Source: an uncultured Acidobacteriota bacterium (lineage in GTDB: Bacteria > Acidobacteriota > UBA6911 > RPQK01 > JAPXNP01). From it: a stretch of DNA of 64,000 nt. Shown piece by piece: positions 11,750-21,537 of the stretch (positions within the stretch are counted from its first letter, which is position 1; each line of letters starts with the position of its first letter). Both the position numbers and the translations under genes were made by a program. Location of the stretch: positions 160,001 through 224,000 of the forward strand of contig CAVZRV010000031.1 of assembly GCA_963777605.1 (NCBI GenBank), written 5' to 3'. The notes under the pieces are model-generated. The model was not told the DNA's origin, did no database searches, and was given only the letters and a program-made list of their open reading frames with translations.

Positions 11750-12864
11750 ATGGAGACTGGAAAGGATCGGATTCTCAAAGCCTTCACTCATGTTAACCAT
11801 CGGTGGCCCCGACCAACATCGAGGGAATCTACAACCTCGAGGCGTTCTTGAAGCGATTCCAGGTTCGAAGTAAGGAGTCTGTCCGACTCCGCCTGGATGT
11901 GGACGTTTTCAGCGCTCGCCCGGTCTATTTTGGTCCAAACGCACGCATGCGTTTGGATGCCTTTGGTGCGCCTGTTGATGAAGTATATGGAACTGATGGA
12001 GTCGGCTACGGAGTGGGTAGAGACTACCCACTCCGTGAAGCTACGAGTCCCGCGGACGTGGAGAGATTTCCCTGGCCTAGTCCTGATCACTTCGACTACG
12101 AGGTTGCTTCCCGCTTACTGGCCCGCCTACCTGCCGACAAGGCCAAGCGGATTGACGGGAAGTACGGAGTCGCTAGACGGGGCAGGATCACGAGGCGGCC
12201 GCGGGAGGGGGGCCCTGGTTGCCCCTGATTTGCAATCTTTTCAATCTCTTTGGCATGGAAGATACGCTGATTAACATGGCTGTCCAGCCCAAGCTCATTG
12301 AAACGGCAATCCGCAGGACTCGAGGAGTTTACGGTTGAGTTCTTTGGAAGGCTCTGCGAGGCCACCCGAGGGCAGGCGGAAATCGCTTACTATGGGGACG
12401 ATTTCGCGACCCAGAGGGGACTGATGATATCCCCGGAGCACTGGCGGCGATTCCTGAAGCCTACTTACCGGAAGGTCTTCGAACTGCTGAAGAGCTACGG
12501 ACTGAAAGTGTGGTTCCACAGCTGTGGGCAATTCCGCCCCGTGATGAGCGACCTGATTGACATCGGCATGGACGTGTGGGAGACCGTGCAGACTCACCTC
12601 CCCGGAAATGAACCCGAGATCCTGAAACGAGAATACGGGGAGCATATCACTTTCTATGGAGGTATCAGCACGCAACGAACCTTGCCGTTTGGCACGGTTG
12701 ACGACGTGCGCAGGGAAGTCCGTGAACGCATTCGAGTGCTGGGCCGGGGCGGCGGCTACATAGTGGGGCCGGATCACGGGATCATGCCGGACGTGCCGGT
12801 CGAAAACGTGCTGGCGATGTTCGACGAAGCGAGGAAGTTCAGTTTTGACTCTCCTGCAGAGTAG
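11750..12864 (+). CDS. Uroporphyrinogen decarboxylase-like / MtaA-CmuA family protein (frameshifted)
   Basis: ATG at 11750 (METGKDRILKAF); YPLREA...FPWPSPD; YGDDFATQRGLMISPE, WFHSCG, FYGGISTQRTLPFGT, GGGYIVGPDH. Confidence 0.85.
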
Positions 12865-12965
12865 GTATGGGGCATCTTCCTGGCGCGGACATTGTCCAGT
12901 CTGCGAATTCCAGGGTCGCCGCTCACCACTAACCGTTATTCTTAATCAATTGGGGAGGGCGTGAA

Positions 12966-13985
12966 ATGATCAAAGAGTCTTCGTATCGTGGAACCACTCG
13001 CTGGGCCCTGTTCAGCCTACTGAGCTTGTCTCTCGCCGGTTCTGTTCCTGTTTCGGCGCAGGGGAAGATTCCCGTCATCCTCTCGACCGACGTGGGTAAC
13101 GAGATCGACGATCAGTGGGCGATTCTCTACACACTGTTCAGCGATGAGTTCGAGGTTCTTGGAGTCATCTCCGCCCACGCGCCATCTATTGCCCCCCCTG
13201 CGGGTCACACAGCCTATCGGATCCTCCGCGATATTGTCGAAGAGCGACTGGCTATGGATGTTCATCCCCCACTATTGGAAGGGGCGAGTTTCCCACTCGA
13301 GAGCAAGACCGCCCCTCAGCCCAGCGAAGGCGCAAGCTTCATCGTTCAGGCATCTCAGGGGTTCTCTGAGAACACTCGCCTTCGAGTATTGACAATTGGA
13401 GCGGGAACCGACGTCGCCTCGGCTCTCCTGATGGATCCGTCGCTTTCGGGCCGTATCCAAGTCTTGCTGATGGGCTTCGACGAGTGGCCCAAAGGAGGGG
13501 ACGGATTCAACATATTGAATGATGTCAAGGCAGCCCAGGTCATTTTTGAGTCGAATGTACCCATCGTTGTGGGTTGTGCGACAGTCTGCACCGAGAATCT
13601 CGGGCTGAAGTGGAACCAAGCGAAGGAGATGGTGAGTGAGCGCGGTCCCGTCGGGCGGTGGCTCTGGGACGAGTACCAAGCCTTCTATTATAGATACGTC
13701 AAACCCATGAGGATGGACGACTTTTCGAAGCCGTGGATCATTTGGGACACCATCGTTGTGGCTCATCTTCTGGGCTTTACGCAACACGCAACCTATGACC
13801 GGCCTGTGCTGAATGACGACGTCAGCTTCAGCCCCGGAGATCGGAAGAAGCAAATCACCTGGATCACCGATGTCGACGAGGAAGGTATGTGGGCGGACTT
13901 CCTCGAGAAACTGGACCGCCACCAGAGGACCTATTCGGTCGGCCCTTATCGTTTTCGGACTCGATTGACTTTTCTAATGCCTTAG
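12966..13985 (+). CDS. Secreted nucleoside hydrolase family protein
   Basis: Intact 339-aa ORF; signal peptide ending VSA; ILSTDVGNEIDDQWA, IGAGTDVASAL, FNILND, IIWD. Confidence 0.85.
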   Translation: MIKESSYRGTTRWALFSLLSLSLAGSVPVSAQGKIPVILSTDVGNEIDDQWAILYTLFSDEFEVLGVISAHAPSIAPPAGHTAYRILRDIVEERLAMDVHPPLLEGASFPLESKTAPQPSEGASFIVQASQGFSENTRLRVLTIGAGTDVASALLMDPSLSGRIQVLLMGFDEWPKGGDGFNILNDVKAAQVIFESNVPIVVGCATVCTENLGLKWNQAKEMVSERGPVGRWLWDEYQAFYYRYVKPMRMDDFSKPWIIWDTIVVAHLLGFTQHATYDRPVLNDDVSFSPGDRKKQITWITDVDEEGMWADFLEKLDRHQRTYSVGPYRFRTRLTFLMP

Positions 13986-14086
13986 GACGGGTCACCCGAC
14001 ATCAGTTGGACTCTCTCTTGTCAGGTTTGAATCCTCAAAACCCAATCTGTCTTCGATCTTAAGGGGTCGCAGAACTGGAGGAAGAA

Positions 14087-15087
14087 ATGATGCGAATGGG
14101 CGCCTTCCCACTTATCCTTGTCTCGGCAATGCTGGGAATGCTGAGCGGTCCACCGTCGGCTTCAGGCCAGCCAGCGGACCCTGAAACGAAGATTCCTGTC
14201 TTCCTCTCGACTGATGTTGGGAATGAGATGGACGACCAGTGGGCCGTTGTCTACACGCTTCTGAGCCCAGAATTCGATGTGCTCGGGGTCGCCTCAGCTT
14301 ATGCCCCTCGATCCCGGCGCCTGCTGGCTTTGTGGGATATCAGCTTTTGCTGGATATCGTGGAAAACCGCCTGGATCTGAAAACGCACCCCCCTCTCGTA
14401 GAGGGCGCCAGCCAACCTCTGCCCGACTCGACAACTCCCAGGAGAAGCCAGGCTGCTCTTTCGATCATCGAGTCATCGCGGCCATTCTCACCGCGAAACC
14501 GGTTGAATGTCATGGCCATCGGTGCGCTGACGGACGTCGCTTCCGCAATCCTGCTCGATCCGTCCATTGTGGAGCGAATTCGGGTGATCGATATGGGGTT
14601 TAACAACTGGCCGGCAGGAGGGGACCTTTACAACATCATAAACGACATTCCCTCGGCTCAAGTCGTGTTCCATTCTAACGTGCCGGTCGTTGTCGGTTGC
14701 GCCGATGTCTGTCGTGAGAGTCTTTCAGTTGACTTTGCGGAGGCCAAGACACTGATCAGCAGCAGGGGGCCGATTGGGGACTGGCTCTGGGAAGAGTTTA
14801 CCGCTCACTATTTTCGCTTCGTCAAGCCGCTCCGGGTCGACGACTTCTCCAACAAGAAGGTGATCTGGGACGTCATCGTGATCGCCTATCTGCTGAATAT
14901 GACAGATCACGTAACCCATCCTCGCCCCGCGGTCGAGGACGATGCTTCGTTTGGGCCGCTCAGACCGGACAGTGAGGTGACCTGGATTACCGATCTCGAC
15001 GAGAATCGGATGTGGGCCGACTTCCTCGCGAAGTTGGATCGTTTTCAAAAAACTCACAGAATTGGGTCCGCGGATCAAAGGGATTAG
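14087..15087 (+). CDS. Secreted nucleoside hydrolase family protein, paralogue of the upstream gene (one frameshift ~14305)
   Basis: Signal peptide; LSTDVGNEMDDQWA, IGALTDVASAI, YNIIND, VIWD; colinear with 12966-13985. Confidence 0.85.
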
Positions 15088-15147
15088 TCCGACAGAGCCG
15101 AGGTTGAGCCCAGTGATCCGGAGCCCCGAGGCCATACGGGAAAGCCG

Positions 15148-15557
15148 GTGCGTCCCCGACGTCAACTACACTTCCCTATCGCGCAGCAGGGCCTTTCGTC
15201 GAGTTTCGTCAATGTGACGGTTTGTGCCCTGCGCTTTCTCTACCGGGTGACGTTGAACTGCGACTGGAACATCAAGCGACCCGCCCCACGGACTGGTGGT
15301 TTCCGGGGCGCGGAAACGATCGGCCTGTTTCCTCGAACACGGTCCAGGGCGTGTGTCGCAAAGCCGCCCTGGCCTCGGGGCTAAGAAAGCGGGTCACCCC
15401 TCATTTCTTGCGCCATAGCTTCGCCACCCATCTCTTGGAGGGCGGAGCCGACCTTAGAAAGATCCAGCTTCTGCTCGGCCACCAGAGCCTTGCCTCAACC
15501 GTCCGCTATACCCACATGGCGCTGCAGCAAATTCCGCAGACTGCTCAGCGACAATAA
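15148..15557 (+). pseudogene. Tyrosine recombinase/integrase fragment of the type paired with IS91-family transposases
   Basis: [12 protein letters not shown] joined directly to WWFPG...[41 protein letters not shown]; middle of the protein missing. Confidence 0.8.
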
Positions 15558-15659
15558 CATTTCCCTGGGAAATGTAGTTGACGTCGGGGAGCAGACGGCG
15601 AACCCGCTGGACTCACTCCCTGAACTCGAAGGCTAATGGGGCGTCCGACTCTGGAGTTG

Positions 15660-15905
15660 GAGGGACTCGCCGAGCCGCGAGGCTTCGTTCACATTCGCTA
15701 CTATGGATTCCTGGCCAATCGCCATCGAGCAGAAAACCTCTTCGTTTACCGTCGTTTACTGGCGGAGCAACAGGTCGTCGCGGCAGGCTCAATGGCGGGG
15801 GAACCCGGCAGCGGTTTCGAGACGCCGGCCAGCCTCGATCTGTCGATGTGCCCTTTCTGTCAGCAAGGGAAACTGTTTCGCGTCGAAACCTTCTCGGCAG
15901 CGTAG
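15660..15905 (+). mobile_element. IS91-family (Y2) transposase C-terminal fragment
   Basis: PRGFVHIRYYGFLANRHR followed by CPFCQQGKL, typical of IS91-family C-termini. Confidence 0.75.
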
Positions 15906-15952
15906 CGGGCCAGACCAAGACACTTCAAGGGGATTCGAAGGAACCTCGCCGG

Positions 15953-17075
15953 TCACCTCCGGCCTGCCATCTCGGGGTACAGTTCCAGGATGCCTTCCTC
16001 AGATGCTCGGCAGATCCCGCGCTCCGTGATCAGCCCCGTCACCAGACGGGCCGGGGTCACGTCGAAGGCATAGTTGGCTGCGGGACTGGAGGCCGGGGTC
16101 ACCAGCACAGATTCGACCTTGTCTCGGACAAGCCCGTCCACCCATTTCACTTCCGACTCACTCCGCTCTTCGATCGGGATTTCTTTCACTCCATCGCGCA
16201 AGACCCAGTCGAAAGACGAGGAGGGCAGGGCGACGTAGAAGGGGATGTTGTTGTCTGCGAGCGGCCAGCGCCTTCAGGTAGGTGCCTATCTTGTTGGCTA
16301 CGTCGCCCGTATACAGGGTTCGATCCGTTCCCGTAATGACCATGTCCACCCGTCCATGCTGCATCAGGTGGCCGCCGGCATTGTCGACGATCACGGTGTG
16401 AGGGACGCCGTGTTGGCCCAGTTCCCAGGCCGTCAGGCCCGCTCCCTGATTCCGGGGTCGCGTCTCGTCGACCCAAACGTGAACCCGGATTCCGGCGTCA
16501 TGCGCCTCGTAGATCGGGGCAGTGGCGGTTCCATAGTCAACAAAGGCGAGCCATCCCGCGTTGCAGTGAGTGAGGATGTTGACGCGCTCGCCCCCCTTCT
16601 TCGAGCGGATCTCCTCAATGATCCTGAGGCCGTGTTCTCCGATTCGCCGGCAGTACTCCGAATCCTCGTCTGCAATCCTGTCGGCTGTTTGCCGCAGAGC
16701 GTGGATCATCCCATCGATGCCCAGAACCCTGTTCAGCACTCCGACCTGCCGGTTCACGGCCCACTCCAGATTCACGGCGGTCGGCCGGCTCTCCTTGAGT
16801 CTGCGGGCACTGGAGTCCATCGCCTCCAGAAACGCATCGTCCGAACACCGTGGTGAAGTCAGCCCGCCCAGGTACATTCCGTAACCTGCGGCTGCTCCGA
16901 TCAGCCCCGCCCCCCGAACATGCATCTCAGAGATTGCGACGACGACCTCATCTACGGTTCTCAGGTCTTCAATTACAAACCGATGCGGCAGGTGACGCTG
17001 ATCGATGATTTGAACAACGCTCGGGTCGTCCTTCTTCCGCCAAATTGTTCGAAAGTGCTGCCCCTCGACCTTCAA
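15953..17075 (-). CDS. mtnA: S-methyl-5-thioribose-1-phosphate isomerase, copy 1 (one frameshift ~16255)
   Basis: IIDQRHLP, MHVRGAGLIG, SRPTAVNL, ILTHCNAGWLA, DETRPRNQGA, ANKIGTY; C-terminal ORF NYAFDVTPARLVTGLITERG. Confidence 0.92.
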
Positions 17076-17249
17076 TCGTCCGTCCCCTTCCTTGGCGCTC
17101 CCTGTCGCATTAATTTCGTCTAGTGTCGCCTTGCTGAAGTAGATTACTTAATTTCCGAGCGTGAGCCATGCTGTGCGCATGCCAGGACGTGCCCCTGAAA
17201 TCGTGCTGACCGCCGAAAAACCGTTTTCGAGAAACACGGTGAAGGCGTC

Positions 17250-17480
17250 GAGCCTCGCCTTAGCAGGACGTTCTGCGACGCTATCCGGGTCGGGAGCTGC
17301 ACGTGATCGTCGACAATGGCTCGTTTCATCGCAGCTGGGAAACCAGCGACTAGGATCGCCAAAACAAGCGTCTGAATCTTCATTACAACCCGACCCATGC
17401 CAGTTGATTGAATCAGATCGAGATCTGGTTCGGGAATCTGACCCGCAAGATCGTCCACCGTGGCATCCTCTAGTCCAGAG
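17250..17480 (+). mobile_element. IS630-family transposase remnant
   Basis: Plus-strand YPGRELHVIVDNGSFH and LHY.PTHAS*LNQIEIWF (IS630 HxTPxxxSWLNxxExWF motif with a stop in place of W). Confidence 0.75.
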
Positions 17481-17539
17481 AATAGTTGGTGGCCAAATTG
17501 ATCGATTTAGTCCCGACCTACAATCCCGAGGCCCGTCCC

Positions 17540-17850
17540 TTTATGTGGACATGATCCGGTCTCAGGTATCCCTCTTCGAGCTCGCTTTCCTCGTGCCGCG
17601 CCAACTGACGAAACGCCGGAGTCCAGTTCCCCACGCAACGTTCCCGCAGATCACTTTCCGCCTGCACTTTGGAATGAACGCCCGTGATACTTACACTCCC
17701 ACTTCGTGCGCTGTAGACTGCTGTAGTTCGTCATTGAAGTCCCTTTCGTGATGCTTTGGTCGGCTCACGAAGAGACTTCTCAAATCAGATTTCCGAAAAT
17801 GTCAAACTTCGGCTGCCTCCCCGGCAGAACCGGAGGGACTCCCGATTTGG
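17540..17850 (-). mobile_element. tnpA: IS200/IS605-family TnpA (Y1) 5' remnant with end hairpin
   Basis: ATG at 17734: MTNYSSLQRTKWECKYH..FIPKCRRK...EEGYLRPDHVHI (HUH motif), then truncated; imperfect hairpin cctccccggcagaaccggaggg at ~17816-17837. Confidence 0.8.
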
Positions 17851-17851
17851 C

Positions 17852-18742
17852 CTAGATCGACTTCAACGCAGTCGCGTTCCAGATCTTCCCCTCACCTTCA
17901 ATGGCGCGCTCTATGTCCCGAAGGGCCAAGGCGACGTAGAGTGCGTCCACAATTGTGCTTTGGGCGATCCTCGAGGCGATCGTTTCCGAGCGGGTTTCAC
18001 TGGAGACACTCAACAATGTGACGTCCGCGTACTCCGTAATCGGGGACTGCGCATTCCCGGTGATGCATATTGTTTGACCCCCATTCCTTTTTGCTTCAGC
18101 CATCGTAAGGACCGGGTCACTGGAACTACCGGATTGGGAAATACCAACCACCACATCTCCCGGCCGGATGAGAGCGGCTTGCATAAGCTGCAGGTACGAA
18201 TCGGTCTCGGCGCGGCAATTAAGCCCCAGACGAAACAAGAAATTGTACATCGACTGCACGATCAGCCCCGGAGTGCCCACTCCGACCAGCAGGATCAGAC
18301 TCGACTTTGCTCCTTCAAGCATGTCGACTGCTTTCTCAAATCCCTCCAGGTCAAGAACCTCCATCGTGTCCTTAAGGGCCTGGATATTCGCCAGAAAGAC
18401 CTTGCGGGCAACGGTAGGCGGGGTGTCGTCCGCGGCCAGATCATCGTGAATGACCTGTGTCGGAGATGCCATGTCCCGCTCAACGGCAGGCTTCGAATCG
18501 GTATACCCGTGAAAACCCACCGCTCGGCAAAATCGTAGCACGGTCGTGTCGCTGACACCGCATTCGCGGGCAACCTGCGCCATGGACAAGCGGACAATCT
18601 GCTGGCTGTTCTGAAGAACCCAGGAGGCAACGTCCGACTCCGCCCGAGCTAGACCGGGAAGGTGACTGCGAATTTGGGACAGAGCTTTCAAGCTCGAGAC
18701 CGAAGGGGCCACTCCACCCGCCAATGTTGTTTCCTCTTCCAT
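17852..18742 (-). CDS. MurR/RpiR family transcriptional regulator (HTH + SIS)
   Basis: AQVARECGVSDTTVLRFCRAVGFHGY; LVGVGTPG; VVGISQSGSS; ITGNAQSPITEYAD; likely ATG at 18742. Confidence 0.9.
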   Translation of the reverse strand: MEEETTLAGGVAPSVSSLKALSQIRSHLPGLARAESDVASWVLQNSQQIVRLSMAQVARECGVSDTTVLRFCRAVGFHGYTDSKPAVERDMASPTQVIHDDLAADDTPPTVARKVFLANIQALKDTMEVLDLEGFEKAVDMLEGAKSSLILLVGVGTPGLIVQSMYNFLFRLGLNCRAETDSYLQLMQAALIRPGDVVVGISQSGSSSDPVLTMAEAKRNGGQTICITGNAQSPITEYADVTLLSVSSETRSETIASRIAQSTIVDALYVALALRDIERAIEGEGKIWNATALKSI

Positions 18743-19011
18743 GGTTCTCACTCCGTCTTCAGGACCCGGACAATGGGACTGTCTTCCAAGGCAATCCTCA
18801 ACCCACATTCCGGCCTCTGCCACACCCCAGACCTTTTCCCCGTCCAACTTTCGGGGAACCGCCCCCCCCAAAAAAATCTCAATGGCAAGCGTCAAGGTAG
18901 CAGTATACTGCCCAGATAATCAGGTGCATGTCGTGGTACCACTTTCACCCGTTCAAACTCCGAGGGCACAGCAGCCGCTCGCTCAAGCTGGGCAGCAGCG
19001 ATCCGCCGTTG

Positions 19012-20048
19012 TCAATCGAACAGTTCCGGCAAGGACTGCGAATAGGGCGGCGTCACAATGCCTCTCTCCGTGACAATTGCGGTAACCAGTTCGTGAGGAG
19101 TGACGTCGAACGCAGGACTTTGGCTCGTGTGCCTTCCGGCGCCGTCTGGATTCCGCCGCATCGCGTCACTCCTCGGTCTTCCGCTCTTCGATCGGGATCT
19201 GTTTTCCGAAGGGGTATCCATGTCGATGGTCGGTGTCGGAGCCGCCACGTAGAAAGGGACCTTAAAGTAGTGGGCGAGGATCGCCAGGCTCAGCTTACCT
19301 ACTTTGTTCGCCACGTCCCCGTTTGCCGCTACGCGATCCGTGTCCGTGATCACCGCGTCGACTTTCCCCTGAGAAAGCACCACTCCCGCCGCACTGTCGC
19401 AGATCAGTGTGACGTCAATCCCCGCCGACTGTAGCTCCAGAGTCGTAAGTCGGGCGCCCTGCAAATAGGGACGGGTCTCATCGGCGTAGACTCTCATGTT
19501 CCACCCTCTCTCCTTCGCCAGAAACATGGGAGCGGTTGCAGTTCCGTAGGCTGTCGCAAGGCTGCCCGCGTTGCAGTGAGTCAGCAGACTCACCCCGTCG
19601 CCGATCATGGTCAGGAGGTTCTGACCGAATTCCTTGCAGATCTCCGCATCCTCCTGAAAGATCCGGTTCGCCTCCGCCTCCAAGACTCTCCTCTTTTCGC
19701 AAACCGAGAGGGATTCGAGCCGGTTCACCTTCGTAAGCATTCGATCAAGGACCCAGGAGAGATTGGCTCCGGTGGGACAAGCTCAGGCGAGAAACTCGGC
19801 ATGCCCTCTCAAGGTTCGCATGAATTTGGCATGACCGATCTCTCCCAGATCCCGGACGCCGAGGCAAAGGCCATACGCGGCTGCAATCCCGATCAGCGGC
19901 GCCCCGCGCAGTTCCATGTCCCGAATCGCCCGGAACACCTCTGCTACGGAGTTCCTGGGATTGTACTGACGTGTCCGGAAAGTCGAGTTCGTTCAAGACA
20001 TAGAGTGTCCATCCCTCCACTCGATTTGTTTCAGCCCTCCTGACACAT
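19012..20048 (-). pseudogene. mtnA: Methylthioribose-1-phosphate isomerase, copy 2 (several frameshifts, eroded motifs)
   Basis: LLTHCNAGSLATAYGTA, ADETRPYLQGARLT, DRVAANGDVANKVG, PAFDVTPHELVTAIVTERG; N-terminal part ([19 protein letters not shown]) spread over frames. Confidence 0.8.
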
Positions 20049-20049
20049 G

Positions 20050-21281
20050 CTCTCCATTTCTGAGTTCTCTCTCGAACTGGAGCACCCGGGACGGATTGAT
20101 CAGGCAATCCTCCGCCCCGCAAATGCCGTCACATCCTCGATATCCGAGAATGAGTGCCGATTCATGACCAGATCTTCACCCAATTCGAGGATCAGCGTTT
20201 GGACCCTCTACGCCTTTCAAGGTCTGCGATCCATCGACATCGACATTGTGCGCGAGACCGCATGGCGGGATCATGACGATACCTGCATAGCCGATGGTGT
20301 CCACAAACAGGTTCCCATGAGGGTCTCGCGAAAGCCAACCGCCGTGGTCATGCTGTCGCGAGCGTCCTTCTCCCAATTCACTTTGAACTTCTGGTCGATT
20401 CCGGTAAGTCTCGTTGATCGTTCCCAACAAGTACTTCGATAGTCCCGATCTCTTCGGCCGGATTGTCCTTGCCGTTCCAGGAGACATAGTTGATGAGGAG
20501 ATTACCGATCAGAAGCCCGGGATCGAACGCAATTGGCCCGAAGAAGGCAAACTCGGAATCGAAGGCCTTCGTCCGGGTCTCGTCTGCGAAGATCACCCAG
20601 AGTGCAGGTCACCGTCCCAGGAATCTCTGCAGCCGTGAGAGCTTGCATTAGAATTTCGAGGCCTCCAACCGCAAACAACTCTTCTTCCAAAACACTCTTT
20701 GAGTAGCGTCTCAAGCAGTACTCACGTTGTTGCGCGGGCAATCGTAGTAGGATCGGTAAAGATCAGGTCCTCTGTGATACAATACAGCACTGGGTTAGTC
20801 AACTCCTTTACCAGTCGCTTCTTTTCTTTTGGATCTCTATGCAGGTCGGAAGTTAGAGAGCACATTGGCCATGAACGTCGAGATTTGATCCGCAAAACGT
20901 GGATATTTCTTCATTCGGATCGTGCGGCCACGCAGCACTCCTAGGCCAGACAGATCTTCCATAACAATGAGAGCCATCTCTTCGTCGATTCGATGACCTT
21001 TGGAACAAGACCCGGAGCCAATTCGTCCTGGATTTGAAGTGCCTTCCCTTCGCGAACCGCGCGACTTAGGTCCAGGGGCCACTCCTCTCCAACACATCGG
21101 ACATAGGGCAACGCCTGTTTGACGACTAGAGATTCTCCGCTCCCCGCCCTCCGGACACGGAAGACCAAGTGATGTTTCCGTCGCCGATTTCTTCAGCGGA
21201 CCACGGAGCTCCCCCTGACGCAACGTCCAGGCGCTGCACGTAGTCAGCACAACTCTTTTCGTCGAGGGTTTGATAGCTCAT
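20050..21281 (-). pseudogene. mtnK: 5-methylthioribose kinase (several frameshifts)
   Basis: MSYQTLDE...AEEIGDGN, VVKQALPYVRCVGEEWPL, ITEDLIFTDP, GDLHSG, DSEFAFFGPIAFD, TIGYAG. Confidence 0.85.
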
Positions 21282-21368
21282 CCGGAATTCTCCATAGCGT
21301 CTCAACAACTAGGTCGGTTCGGAGCAGCAGTACATCCCTGGAGCATCCTGTGAAGCAGCACCACAGCT

Positions 21369-21396
21369 AAAATAGTGCGCCAGGCACCGCCGTCAA
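21369..21396 (-). promoter_or_regulatory. Possible sigma70 promoter for mtnK-mtnA
   Basis: Minus strand TTGACG-N16-TATTTT, about 90 nt upstream of the mtnK ATG. Confidence 0.3.
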
Positions 21397-21537
21397 GCCC
21401 CGACCACCCTCGACGCAGAGCCATTCCGAGGGTGGTGGAAGTGCGGCAGGCAGAAGTGTCCACCGCTGAGGGCAACGCTTTAAGCGGCTGGGCCTGATGA
21501 CCCGAAATGTCTCACTTTCGAGCACAGCGGGGTTACG

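Noticed and set aside
15148-15557. Integron integrase or prophage
   Set aside because: No IntI-specific insertion, attC arrays or phage genes; context is an IS91-type pair.
21282-21530. SAM riboswitch upstream of mtnK
   Set aside because: No SAM-I core (TTATC...GAG...GCAACC...GTGC...GATAA) or other recognisable aptamer seen.
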